NCBI GenBank assembly: GCA_026396015.1
Contig: JAPLXP010000002.1
Span: forward strand, 5,502-69,501
Length of the DNA stretch: 64,000 nt
Reading direction: 5' to 3'
DNA from: Candidatus Nomurabacteria bacterium
Lineage (GTDB): Bacteria; Patescibacteriota; Minisyncoccia; Phycocordibacterales; UBA9973
Shown in pieces: positions 47,764-57,038 of the stretch; the first letter of the stretch is position 1; every line of letters begins with the position of its first letter. The position numbers and the translations under genes are program-made. The notes below the pieces were generated by a model. That model was not told the origin of the DNA and ran no database searches. It was given only the letters and a program-made list of their open reading frames with translations.

Positions 47764-48477
47764 CTACTTCATGAGCATGAGGGTTTGGAGTCCAACAGAT
47801 CCATCAGATTTGAGTTGGTGATTCTTCTGGAACAACATAACTGCCTTTTTTGTTTGTAATCCAAAATTTCCATCCTCCTTCATATTAGTCTTAAAAAAAT
47901 TATTCAAATATTTTTGTACCATCCTCACACTTTCATCATTCTTCATACCTACCTTCAATGTCTTTTTTATTTTTGATATATCAGATGAGTTCGAAGGTGT
48001 ATCTGTAAAATTTTTAATTTGTATTGGACTTCCGTTGTTGTATTCTGAAGTGTCACTAATTTTTACTAATTTAAAACCACTTCCTGATGATACAAGAGAA
48101 TACTCTATGGTCTGCTTTTTTATTGGATTCTTGTCATCAACATAACCACCATAAACATCCATATCTTTAACTAGTCGTTTGTCAGCATCTATAACTTCTG
48201 GATTTTCTTTTGTATTCCAATACAAATCCAAACTATTAAATTTATACCCTTTTGAAATACATGTATTATTTTTTACAAGGAAGACGCCATTTGAGCTAGC
48301 CATAGGGCCACTAGTCTTTCCGATCAAAACAATATGTGAAAAAGAATCCAAATTTATAACCTTCGCACAAAGATCGAGATAATGTGTGCCGGGCATGATA
48401 ACATCCGCCGAAGCAAAAAATGGAGACAATATTAAACCGAAGAGAAATACAAAGCTAAATATTTTAAATTTATTCAT
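47764..48477 (-). CDS. secreted protein with a C-terminal peptidoglycan-binding (PG_binding_1) domain
   Basis: Signal peptide. C-terminal VQKYLNNFF...DGNFGLQTKKAVMLFQKNHQLKSDGSVGLQT matches the PG-binding repeat. Confidence 0.65.
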   Translation of the reverse strand: MNKFKIFSFVFLFGLILSPFFASADVIMPGTHYLDLCAKVINLDSFSHIVLIGKTSGPMASSNGVFLVKNNTCISKGYKFNSLDLYWNTKENPEVIDADKRLVKDMDVYGGYVDDKNPIKKQTIEYSLVSSGSGFKLVKISDTSEYNNGSPIQIKNFTDTPSNSSDISKIKKTLKVGMKNDESVRMVQKYLNNFFKTNMKEDGNFGLQTKKAVMLFQKNHQLKSDGSVGLQTLMLMK

Positions 48478-48506
48478 AATACACGTATTATACTCCAAAA
48501 ATAATA

Positions 48507-48540
48507 AAAGGCCCTCAACACTGAGGGCCTTTTATTATTT
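48507..48540 (-). terminator. terminator after the PAP2-like gene
   Basis: GGCCCTCA-GTGT-TGAGGGCC hairpin plus U-run. Confidence 0.6.
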
Positions 48541-49209
48541 ATCAAAAACTTCTATATAAATATCATTTTCAAATAGGTTCAAATCTTTTTTGAAAAGAAT
48601 TTTTGATATGTGATAGAGAGTATATGTGATGAAGAATGCAGAGAAAACATCAATAGAATAGTGGAGGTGTCCGAGTAGGACAACAGTCGCGAAGAAAACA
48701 GAAGATCCCAAGAATATAAAACGAAGAGGCTTTATGTCCCAGAAGATCAAAGCAAGTAAAAATGGTATCCCAGTATGACCAGAGAAAAATAGATCCCCCG
48801 CAAAAGAGAACTTGCTAATCATATCAAGTGGTGAAATAAATATCTGACTTGGAAATGGGGCGATGTGTGTGAGATTTATAAAAAACGCACGCACTACGAT
48901 AAACAAACTGACAGACTTAAAAATAAAAGGAAATCTTTTAATATAAAGTAGACAGATGATTATAGAGAAGATGAAAAAATAAAAAGTACCTTCAACAAAC
49001 AAACCATTCACTGCAAAAGCACGTATATTGTTCAAGACTAGATCTGTCACTGAATTACTTGCCTTTAATGTGGCATAAGTGCCAGCATAAAAATTAATAA
49101 TCAATGCAAAAGTAATCATTGCCAATGAAGCAAAAAATGAGATCAAAAAATCTCTTTGTCTAAAGTGTGTCGAATATGATTTAATTAATATTTTTAATTT
49201 TTCATTCAT
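48535..49209 (-). CDS. PAP2-superfamily-like membrane protein (paralog 1)
   Basis: FSGHTG (PSGH-type motif) and LGHLHYSIDV (HxxxD motif); six TM helices. Confidence 0.6.
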   Translation of the reverse strand: MNEKLKILIKSYSTHFRQRDFLISFFASLAMITFALIINFYAGTYATLKASNSVTDLVLNNIRAFAVNGLFVEGTFYFFIFSIIICLLYIKRFPFIFKSVSLFIVVRAFFINLTHIAPFPSQIFISPLDMISKFSFAGDLFFSGHTGIPFLLALIFWDIKPLRFIFLGSSVFFATVVLLGHLHYSIDVFSAFFITYTLYHISKILFKKDLNLFENDIYIEVFDK

Positions 49210-49213
49210 AGTA

Positions 49214-49885
49214 CTATGATACCACATTCATGGTAGTTTCATTTTTATACATATTTAGATCTTTACTGAATAATATTTCTGATATGTGGAATATTGTATA
49301 TGTTATAAAGAAAGCAGACAATACATCAATAGAGTAATGTAGGTGCCCCAATAAAACTACAGTGCCAAAAAATACTGAAGATAATAAAAATGTTATACGC
49401 AAATATTTAATGTCCCAAAAGATAAGCATCAGTAGGAATGGTATTCCAGTATGACCAGAAAAAAATAAATCTCCACCAAAAGAAAATTTACTAATCAGAT
49501 CTACTGGTGATATAAATATCTGACTGGGGAATGGACCTATATGAGTCAAACTAATAAATACAGAACGTATAATAATAAAAAGACTTAATGTTTTAAAAAT
49601 AAAAGGAGCTCTTCGTATATACAATAAACATACCAAAATTAGAAAAGCCCAAAAAACAAAAGTTCCCCAGACAAACAATCCATCTACGTCAAATGCTCGA
49701 ATATTGTTCAACACTACATCCGTCACAGCATTACTGGCGTGCACTGTAGCATATGTGCCTGCGTAAAAATTTATAATCAGAGCAACACATATCATTACCA
49801 GTGACAAAATAAAAGATTGTAAAAAATCTTTTTGACCAAAGTGCGACTTATATGACGACCACAATGTATTGAATTTATTTTTCAT
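49214..49885 (-). CDS. PAP2-superfamily-like membrane protein (paralog 2, tandem duplicate)
   Basis: About 50 percent identical to the downstream paralog, with the same FSGHTG and LGHLHYSIDV motifs. Confidence 0.6.
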   Translation of the reverse strand: MKNKFNTLWSSYKSHFGQKDFLQSFILSLVMICVALIINFYAGTYATVHASNAVTDVVLNNIRAFDVDGLFVWGTFVFWAFLILVCLLYIRRAPFIFKTLSLFIIIRSVFISLTHIGPFPSQIFISPVDLISKFSFGGDLFFSGHTGIPFLLMLIFWDIKYLRITFLLSSVFFGTVVLLGHLHYSIDVLSAFFITYTIFHISEILFSKDLNMYKNETTMNVVS

Positions 49886-51297
49886 TATCTTATGTCTTTA
49901 TAATTATTTGTAAATGGCTTGCCTCGTAGTGATATAGCTAAAAAATTTATTATGTATTTCCATCCAGTAGATACGAACCCCTCACCCTCAAAACGTCGAT
50001 CTGAAGTAAGGATATAAAATCTTCTTTTAAAAATAATCCTTCCAACCTTAGATAGCCTGCGAGCAATATCAGTATCTTCACCGTAAAAAGAAATATTTTT
50101 ATTAAAACCACCTATCTTCAATATTGCATCTCTCTTTACTACAAAATTCCCTCCTACCATCATATATCCGGTAAAAAAATATGATATTCGAGCCAAGACA
50201 TTCCAGTACACCCAGACTATGTATTTTTTTAATGAAGAAACATTTTGATACACATATGGGCCACTGAATGCCACAGCTCGTTTGTCTTTATTTATTAAAT
50301 CCAACAGAATCTCACTCCAATTCTCCGGCATAACAGTATCTGCATCTATATACGCGACATAATCCCCTTTTGATGCATCGAGGCCCCTCTGGCGAGCTTT
50401 TGTTAAACCTTTGTCTCCTTCATAAACAACTCTAACCTCAGAAAAACCCTCTGCTACTTTTTTTGTATTATCAGTACTAGCATTATCTACTACAATAAGC
50501 TCAAAAAAAATACCTTGAGAATTTTTAATAACAGAATCTAGACATGCTCCTATATATTTCTCTTCATTAAAAGCTGGTATTACTAAAGAGATTTTTGGGT
50601 TAATATTTTTATTTTTCTTTATGAGTTGTATTAGTTTTATGTTTTGATAATACATTTCAAAAATTGAAATTGTACACAATATATCCGACCATACACCCAA
50701 AATAACTCTACTCCCTTTCCATATACCACGTTTATCTTGACTGAAATTATTTTCAACATTCTTCCACTCTACTACTGTTATACTTAATTTATTTTTAATA
50801 ATTATTTTATTTAAAAAAACTTCTAATCCATAGCTAGGCAACAATTCCATCTCTGCTATCTTTTCCATAAAACAAAACCTAGGCAATATTCTTTCTCCTG
50901 AGAGGTAGTCAATTTTTTTAAAAGGAAAAAGTGGCCATGAGTTTTTTCTCATACTAATAGATACATCAGAAATATTTTGTTCTATAGGATACAGTATATC
51001 TCTAATATTCTTTTCATTTAAAAATTTCAAATCAGCATCAAGCATAAAAATAAAATCTCCTCTTGCCGCTCGAATACCATCGGCAATGGTTTTACTCTTG
51101 CCCATATTTTTTGGGTGCTCTATATAATCAGCACCAGAAAAACTTTTTACAATTTGTTTTGTTTTATCCGAAGACCCATCATCTACCACAATAACTTCAT
51201 GTAGATATTTTCCAATCAGAGGCACGACGACAAACAAAACATCACCGATACCTTTTTCTTCGTTATATGCTGGTATAATACAGGAAATTTTCTTCAT
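49885..51297 (-). CDS. tandem double glycosyltransferase family 2 (two DPM-synthase-like GT-A domains in one protein)
   Basis: Two copies of the IIPAYNEE/VIPAFNEE ... VVDDGSSDKT/VVDNASTDNT ... DAD/DADT GT2 signature. Confidence 0.75.
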   Translation of the reverse strand: MKKISCIIPAYNEEKGIGDVLFVVVPLIGKYLHEVIVVDDGSSDKTKQIVKSFSGADYIEHPKNMGKSKTIADGIRAARGDFIFMLDADLKFLNEKNIRDILYPIEQNISDVSISMRKNSWPLFPFKKIDYLSGERILPRFCFMEKIAEMELLPSYGLEVFLNKIIIKNKLSITVVEWKNVENNFSQDKRGIWKGSRVILGVWSDILCTISIFEMYYQNIKLIQLIKKNKNINPKISLVIPAFNEEKYIGACLDSVIKNSQGIFFELIVVDNASTDNTKKVAEGFSEVRVVYEGDKGLTKARQRGLDASKGDYVAYIDADTVMPENWSEILLDLINKDKRAVAFSGPYVYQNVSSLKKYIVWVYWNVLARISYFFTGYMMVGGNFVVKRDAILKIGGFNKNISFYGEDTDIARRLSKVGRIIFKRRFYILTSDRRFEGEGFVSTGWKYIINFLAISLRGKPFTNNYKDIR

Positions 51298-51902
51298 ATA
51301 TTTTCTAAATGATCTATTTCTTCGACTTTTTTTCGAGTATATTTTTGAAGCGCAAAAAATCCAAAAATAAATACAGTAGCAATTATGGCGACTAAAATTC
51401 CTGCATCTTTCACATAAAATGTTGCATTGGAATATGAACTACCTAGATAATACCCGAGGGTCATCAAAATTCCATATTGAATTACTGTCACACAAAGTGC
51501 CCATCTAACAAAACGCCAGTACTCAAGCTTTGCGAGACCAGCTGTTATCAAAAGAGGTGTAGATAAACCATATGCAATTTTACTAATAAACATTGTTTTT
51601 GTTGTATGCTCTTTCCAAGCTTTTTCAATAAAATTAAAATGGGAAGAAATAATTTTTGATTTTGTGTCAAAGCGTGCAAGTATTTTTTCTTTATTTCCAA
51701 ATCGTCCTAGTGCATAATAAGCTGAATCTGGCAAAAAATCACCTAAAATAATTATAATGAGGGCATAGATAAAATTAAAGTACCCGATATGAGCCATAAA
51801 CCCGACAGCCAGGGCAAGAATAGGACCTTCTACAAGAGCTAAAGGGAGTAACGTCCAGTAGCGATTAGCTAGAAAAAATTTTAGAAAAAATGAGCCATGC
51901 AT
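51294..51902 (-). CDS. DedA/VTT-domain family membrane protein
   Basis: LALVEGPILALAVGF and the DedA core. Confidence 0.65.
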   Translation of the reverse strand: MHGSFFLKFFLANRYWTLLPLALVEGPILALAVGFMAHIGYFNFIYALIIIILGDFLPDSAYYALGRFGNKEKILARFDTKSKIISSHFNFIEKAWKEHTTKTMFISKIAYGLSTPLLITAGLAKLEYWRFVRWALCVTVIQYGILMTLGYYLGSSYSNATFYVKDAGILVAIIATVFIFGFFALQKYTRKKVEEIDHLENI

Positions 51903-51974
51903 GTTATATACTATACATCTTTTTATAAAAAAATTCCCAGACGTATGCCAAGCAGTTGGAATGATTAGTCCCCT

Positions 51975-52010
51975 AATAGAAAAAACGTCTTTAAAGACGT
52001 TTTTTCTATT
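51975..52010. terminator. perfect 36-bp palindromic terminator abutting the tRNA-His 3' end
   Basis: AATAGAAAAAACGTCTTT-AA-AGACGTTTTTTCTATT. Confidence 0.65.
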
Positions 52011-52084
52011 GGGGGACTACTGGGAATCGAACCCAGATCGAAGGTTCCACAAACCTCAGTGTTAACCGTTACACCATAATCCCC
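52011..52084 (-). tRNA. tRNA-His (anticodon GTG) with an encoded G-1; no CCA encoded
   Basis: Manual fold: 8-bp acceptor including G-1:C73, D-stem GTGT/ACAC, G18G19, anticodon loop TTGTGGA, T-loop TTCGATT. Confidence 0.7.
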
Positions 52085-52096
52085 ATATATACAATC

Positions 52097-52651
52097 CTAC
52101 TTATAAGTAGGAGGTTCTTCCTTTATACCAGAAAAGTGGTTAGAAAGTCTAGCTAGAGCATAAAGTAGTGAAGACAGACGATTCAAATACGCTTTTGTAT
52201 AATCACCCACTTTTACCTGACCCTCATCAGCTACGCCTATCACCCTCCTCTCTGCACGGCGTGAAATAGTACGTGCCACATCAAAAAATACAGCCAATTC
52301 AGATCCACCAGATATAAAGAATGAAGTAATTGGTGGCAATTCTTTTTCAATTGTATCTACATAGTTTTCTATTTCTTTCACCTTGTCCTCACCTATGGTC
52401 ATATCACTACCAGCAAGCTCGGCCTGAACGATAAATAAATTCTGCTGCACAACATGCACAACTTTCTCAAAATTTTCTCCTGTTGGGACTTTGAATCCGG
52501 CATCAGCACTCTTTACCTTGCACACACCAAGAAAAGAATTGATCTCGTCGAGTGTTCCTAATGCTTCTGCTATATTTGAACTTTTGGATATACGTTGATC
52601 GCAACCAAAAGTCTTTGTAGTTCCGTTGTCCCCTTTTCTAGTGTAAAGCAT
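52097..52651 (-). CDS. PduO-type ATP:cob(I)alamin adenosyltransferase
   Basis: MLYTRKGDNGTTKTFG N-terminus, EALGTLDEINSFLG and other PduO/MMAB motifs. Confidence 0.85.
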   Translation of the reverse strand: MLYTRKGDNGTTKTFGCDQRISKSSNIAEALGTLDEINSFLGVCKVKSADAGFKVPTGENFEKVVHVVQQNLFIVQAELAGSDMTIGEDKVKEIENYVDTIEKELPPITSFFISGGSELAVFFDVARTISRRAERRVIGVADEGQVKVGDYTKAYLNRLSSLLYALARLSNHFSGIKEEPPTYK

Positions 52652-52652
52652 A

Positions 52653-53081
52653 TTATATAAATAAATGAAGATAAGATAATAAAAATATAATGGTGGATAT
52701 AAATGCAGAAGATATACACCAAATGCACCACTGCTTTATAACAAAACCTTGCAAAAATAACAAATACAAAGAAAAAGCTACAGAAAATCCCGCAAATATA
52801 AAAAGTAATTCCTTAAATAAAAAATTCCACGTCAAAAATAAAGAGATAAATGAATATAAAAATAGCGTCACAGTATAGTAACTGATACCTATTACTTCTA
52901 CAGAAAAAGGACCAATGTGTGAATAACTACTATTCACAACGAGCTCACAATTCGTACGTATTGGGCAAATTAATTTCTTTTTACTTTTCTTTTTCTGATA
53001 AATATAGGATGCTATCAAAAAACCAATACAGGCAAAAATTAAAGTCCAACAAGCAAGAACTGAAGATACATCTATTTGCAT
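52653..53081 (-). CDS. vitamin K epoxide reductase (VKOR)-family membrane protein
   Basis: Loop cysteines CPIRTNC and a TM CIWC (CxxC) active site. Confidence 0.65.
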   Translation of the reverse strand: MQIDVSSVLACWTLIFACIGFLIASYIYQKKKSKKKLICPIRTNCELVVNSSYSHIGPFSVEVIGISYYTVTLFLYSFISLFLTWNFLFKELLFIFAGFSVAFSLYLLFLQGFVIKQWCIWCISSAFISTIIFLLSYLHLFI

Positions 53082-54373
53082 ACTGTTCCACTTAAAATAT
53101 TTTTTGTATAAATTTTAGAACTATTACTATCTAGGCAGACATATGAATTCTCGTCAGTAGCCAATGGGAATGACATTGCCCAAGATTTTGTATTTGAAAA
53201 ACAATAACCTTTACTACTCTCCAATTCTAGTAGTGGGTTTAGGAAGTGAGCAATAGTCTTGTCGCTAGTATCAGCAGGGTCTGCATAGAAAAGAGAATCT
53301 TTTATAGGAGCCACACAATCCCCTTTTGCATTTGCCACTGTTCCGTATTTATTTTTATTCAAAGCATATTTTTTATAAATCTGCAGCTCAATACTTGAAA
53401 CATAATTTTCAATCATACTATCCTTTCCTTTCAATTCATCTGCTGTTGAAATTTCCACTGCGACAACTTGATTTGCAGGATCAGAGACATCAACTTTTGA
53501 TTCAATAGGCGAAATATCATTAGGACTTTGATTGTCCGGAGTAGAATCATTATTTTGGCTAGAAATGGGTGTTGTGTCTGCGGGAACAATCTCACTTTTA
53601 TTTGAATTACTTATATTTTTAGTAAAATCAACAGTAACTGCATTTGGATTTACTTTTGGTAAAAAAGGTATGTTTATTAGTCCATTTGTATATGCAAAAG
53701 AAACACCTGCTGCAATACAAAGTATTACCACAAACACAAAAATCCAGACTAAGAATTTTGGTACGCCGTGCTTCTTTTCCCCTTCAAAAACAAAATTATT
53801 CTTTATGTCTTTAGGATATGAGGATATCATCGCCTTATTCGCAAATGAATTGTTTGCAGGTGCTGAAGAAATAGAAGGAATTGGATTTATAGTTGGCTCA
53901 GGTGTAGCATGAACTTTTGCTAATTCCATTTTTCTCTCTGGAGAGAATGGTGGTGGCAATGTTTTATTTTGAGCAGGAATTACTTCTGGAGTAGAGATTT
54001 TAGGCATTAGAGTCGGCATCGGTTCGTGCTTCTCCTCTACTGCGATTGGAGTATTTGCAGGTGCCCACACTTTTGGTAGACTCTGACTTGGATTTGGGGT
54101 TGAAAAATTATCTTTTATCGCAACTTTATCTATGGGTGCTTCACGATATGGATCAACTGCGGGCCTCACGACAGAAATAGAAGCTAATGTGGAAATATCT
54201 TTTTGAACGCTAGTCACGACAGGAAAATCATAAGCTGGTACAACCTTTGCAAGACCCTCTTCTATGTCTTCAGAATTCCAACCAGCCTCTAATAGACGTG
54301 ATTTTATCACGTCGTTACTTACATCTTTCTTTTGTTCTTTTTCAATAAATTCTACAAGATCAAGAGTAATCAT
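53072..54373 (-). CDS. hypothetical single-pass membrane protein with Pro-rich regions (433 aa)
   Basis: Central TM helix PKFLVWIFVFVVILCIAAGVSFAY; no recognisable family. Confidence 0.5.
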   Translation of the reverse strand: MITLDLVEFIEKEQKKDVSNDVIKSRLLEAGWNSEDIEEGLAKVVPAYDFPVVTSVQKDISTLASISVVRPAVDPYREAPIDKVAIKDNFSTPNPSQSLPKVWAPANTPIAVEEKHEPMPTLMPKISTPEVIPAQNKTLPPPFSPERKMELAKVHATPEPTINPIPSISSAPANNSFANKAMISSYPKDIKNNFVFEGEKKHGVPKFLVWIFVFVVILCIAAGVSFAYTNGLINIPFLPKVNPNAVTVDFTKNISNSNKSEIVPADTTPISSQNNDSTPDNQSPNDISPIESKVDVSDPANQVVAVEISTADELKGKDSMIENYVSSIELQIYKKYALNKNKYGTVANAKGDCVAPIKDSLFYADPADTSDKTIAHFLNPLLELESSKGYCFSNTKSWAMSFPLATDENSYVCLDSNSSKIYTKNILSGTVCK

Positions 54374-54425
54374 ATAATTAAATTATAACATGCCAACAAA
54401 AAAAATTCACACTCAAGTGTAAATT

Positions 54426-54995
54426 TTAAAAATCATATAGATAAAGATGTCGGGCATTTTGATATTTTCCATCTCTTTCCAGATCAATCTCTGCTTTTGG
54501 TTTTTTGTTTGTAAATTTAAAAGAAACAGATACCATCCTCACCCCCGCTTTTATTTCTTTATCGAATTTCGTGAGTATATCATCCATATCATTCGGATAT
54601 ATATACATCACCAAATGTGTAGCATTACTCAAGTCGTAATCAAAAAAATCTTTTTTAATTAATTTAATTGTCCCTCTACCCCCAACCTTGCGAATAAAAT
54701 TTCTAAACACAGATATCATAAATGGAAACATCTTTTTTTCAATACCAACAAATTCTACTTTGGGATGCTTGTCTTTTAGATAAAAAAGAATTCGCCCGTC
54801 ACCAGAGCCTAGATCATAAACTATAGATCCATCTACTAGCTCGAGCCCTTTGTCTACATAAGGTAAGACTTTATTTGGTGTACGTATAAATGGTGTCCCC
54901 TTTCCTACAAAAGAAAACGCCCACATACAAGTAAAGACGAATACTGCAATCACAATTGCAGTTAAAAGATAAATAATTATAGAAATAAATATCAT
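54426..54995 (-). CDS. class I SAM-dependent methyltransferase with an N-terminal TM anchor
   Basis: VYDLGSGDGRIL (GxGxG motif I). Start set at the ATG adjacent to the tRNA-Leu 3' end. Confidence 0.6.
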   Translation of the reverse strand: MIFISIIIYLLTAIVIAVFVFTCMWAFSFVGKGTPFIRTPNKVLPYVDKGLELVDGSIVYDLGSGDGRILFYLKDKHPKVEFVGIEKKMFPFMISVFRNFIRKVGGRGTIKLIKKDFFDYDLSNATHLVMYIYPNDMDDILTKFDKEIKAGVRMVSVSFKFTNKKPKAEIDLERDGKYQNARHLYLYDF

Positions 54996-55080
54996 TGGTG
55001 CCCGGGACTGGACTCGAACCAGCACATCTTACGACACACCCACCTCAAGGGTGCTTGTCTACCAATTTCAACACCCGGGC
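54996..55080 (-). tRNA. tRNA-Leu (anticodon GAG), type II with long variable arm, CCA encoded
   Basis: Manual fold: acceptor GCCCGGG/CCCGGGC, anticodon stem-loop CACCC-TTGAGGT-GGGTG, T-loop TTCGAGT. Confidence 0.75.
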
Positions 55081-55164
55081 AAAACACTCACAAAAAGAGC
55101 ATATCAGATTCAAGCCTTTTTTTCAATATAAAAAATAAAATCACCCATTGGGTGATTTTATTTT

Positions 55165-55575
55165 TTATTCAGCAGATGTTACTTCTGTGTCTTTTGTGTT
55201 TGTAGATTCCTCTTTTGAAAGAGTAATACTCTTTAGACGCTTTTTAACTTCTTTCACAGCCTTTGTACGGATGAAGTAAAGCTTACTGCGACGAGTCTTT
55301 GAACGTTTTATGATTTCAATCTTGTCGATGTTTGGAGAGTATAATGGGAAAATTCTTTCTACACCGATTGTTGACGCAACTTTACGAACTGTAAATGTAG
55401 CACCAATCTCGGCACCGTGCTTGCGAGAAAGAACGAGGCCTTCAAAAGCTTGAAGACGAACTTTTCCTTTTTCCAGAATCTTTGACCAGACTTTAACAGT
55501 GTCCCCCGCCTTAAAATCAAGGTTTTTTCGAGAGTCTCTATCTACTGGAGTTAATTTCATTTTGGTATTTTCCAT
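55165..55575 (-). CDS. rplS: 50S ribosomal protein L19
   Basis: FKAGDTVKV ... RLQAFEGLV ... FTVRK; start set at MENTK. Confidence 0.9.
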   Translation of the reverse strand: MENTKMKLTPVDRDSRKNLDFKAGDTVKVWSKILEKGKVRLQAFEGLVLSRKHGAEIGATFTVRKVASTIGVERIFPLYSPNIDKIEIIKRSKTRRSKLYFIRTKAVKEVKKRLKSITLSKEESTNTKDTEVTSAE

Positions 55576-55619
55576 AGGCGTTAATATAGCATAAGAATAT
55601 CTTTTAAGCAAGAATATCT

Positions 55620-56411
55620 CTAAAGACTATAATTTTCTATTACTTTAGTAAAGTCAGCTGGTAATGGGGCTTCGACTGATATTTCCCTACCTTTTGGTAA
55701 TCTGAATTTGATTGATCGGGCATGAAGGGCTAGTCTATCAAAACCTAGAGCCTTGTCTTTCTTGCCGCGATATATAGGATCAGACACAATCTGGTGATTT
55801 ATATATCTTAGATGCACGCGGAGCTGGTGAGTACGGCCAGTTTTTGGATAGAGTTCAAGGTATGAGAATTGGTGACTATTGTCTTTCATCTCTTTCTCAT
55901 CAGCAGTATCCGTAAAGCGAGACAAGACTAGGTAATAGGTAGAAGCCTCACGAATAGGATCACGTGCACCACGGCCTGCTGTCCACATTCGTACATCCCC
56001 TGGTGAACGCCCTATGGGTGCGTTTATAAGGCCCATCTTGCCGTTTAATAGTGAAGCCTTGGGATCTGCTACATATCCGTACACAAAGGCCTGATAAATC
56101 TTTTCTATCGTATGATTCATAAATTGATTTTTGACGGACAAGAATGCTTCTTGATTCTTTGCTAGGATTATCACACCTGAGGTCTCTCGATCTAGGCGAT
56201 GCACTATTCCTGGGCGCATTATTGCCTTTCTCTCTCCGCCTTTTGCGTCTACCATAAGTGGCTCACCTACATCAGCTGAACCTGGATAAGTCTTGATGAA
56301 CCAGTCTGCCAAAGTCTCATCTTTATTCTTGCCATCGTTGTGCACAGAAATACCCGCTGGTTTATCAACGACAACTACATCATTATCTTCATAGAGTATT
56401 TTAACTTTCAC
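55620..56411 (-). CDS. RluA-family pseudouridine synthase (probable GTG start)
   Basis: Catalytic VHRLDRETSGVIILAKN. The long ORF's N-terminal extension overlaps tRNA-Val, so the start is taken as the GTG right after the tRNA (VKVKILYEDNDVVVVDKPAG). Confidence 0.7.
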   Translation of the reverse strand: MKVKILYEDNDVVVVDKPAGISVHNDGKNKDETLADWFIKTYPGSADVGEPLMVDAKGGERKAIMRPGIVHRLDRETSGVIILAKNQEAFLSVKNQFMNHTIEKIYQAFVYGYVADPKASLLNGKMGLINAPIGRSPGDVRMWTAGRGARDPIREASTYYLVLSRFTDTADEKEMKDNSHQFSYLELYPKTGRTHQLRVHLRYINHQIVSDPIYRGKKDKALGFDRLALHARSIKFRLPKGREISVEAPLPADFTKVIENYSL

Positions 56412-56486
56412 GGTGCGCGATGTAGGACTTGAACCTACGACCTTCCCGGTGTAAACGGGTTGCTCTACCAACTGAGCTAATCGCGC
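56412..56486 (-). tRNA. tRNA-Val (anticodon TAC)
   Basis: Manual fold: acceptor GCGCGAT/ATCGCGC, D-arm AGCTCAGTTGGTAGAGC, anticodon loop TTTACAC, T-arm GTAGG-TTCAAGT-CCTAC. Confidence 0.75.
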
Positions 56487-56601
56487 ATAAAAATTTGAAA
56501 ACAAATTAATAGATAAACAATAACCTATTTTCATACTTTTTTCAAGTCCCACCTTGCGATAAAGGTAATTTTAATGTATTTTAATAATATACTCCTGATA
56601 T

Positions 56602-56675
56602 GCCCTTGTAGTTAAATGGATATAACTGCGGACTTCTAAGCCGTTATTGCAGGTTCGATTCCTGCCGAGGGCACC
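56602..56675 (+). tRNA. tRNA-Arg (anticodon TCT)
   Basis: Manual fold: acceptor GCCCTTG/CGAGGGC, D-arm GTTA/TAAC, anticodon loop CTTCTAA, T-arm GCAGG-TTCGATT-CCTGC. Confidence 0.65.
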
Positions 56676-56687
56676 TTATACAATAAA

Positions 56688-56719
56688 ATAAACACCCTCA
56701 TTGAGGGTGTTTATTTTTG
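56688..56719. terminator. bidirectional terminator between tRNA-Arg and the pil operon end
   Basis: AAACACCCTCA-TTG-AGGGTGTTT hairpin plus T-run. Confidence 0.55.
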
Positions 56720-57037
56720 TATTCTTGGGTCCTCTAGATTTATACCTTCCTTTTTTAAAGAATTCATTTTAGTTTCTTTTTCTGAAAAATAGTCAGACAC
56801 TTTATCAAGCAATTTTTGATTTCTTGTAATTAGATTATTCTCTGGAGTACTTACGTTCTTTTCACGAAAAATTTTTTCATCTTTAATTTGATTAAAAAAA
56901 TAAACACTAGCTATAACAGCTAAAATAAATAATACGGAAAATAGGCGCACCAGCATCATCCAATGAACATGGGGGTTGAATACCTTTACTTCCCTCTTAC
57001 TAAAAAACTTTTTAAATTCTAAGTTGTATTTTTCCAT
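56711..57037 (-). CDS. small membrane protein in the PilP position of the pilMNO operon
   Basis: One TM helix; last gene of the pilM-pilN-pilO-like operon. Start set at MEKYN. Confidence 0.4.
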   Translation of the reverse strand: MEKYNLEFKKFFSKREVKVFNPHVHWMMLVRLFSVLFILAVIASVYFFNQIKDEKIFREKNVSTPENNLITRNQKLLDKVSDYFSEKETKMNSLKKEGINLEDPRIQK

Positions 57038-57038
57038 A

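Noticed and set aside
55620-56552. The full 310-aa ATG-initiated RluA ORF
   Set aside because: Its N-terminal 46 codons run straight through the tRNA-Val gene. The conserved RluA N-terminus begins at the GTG immediately after the tRNA.
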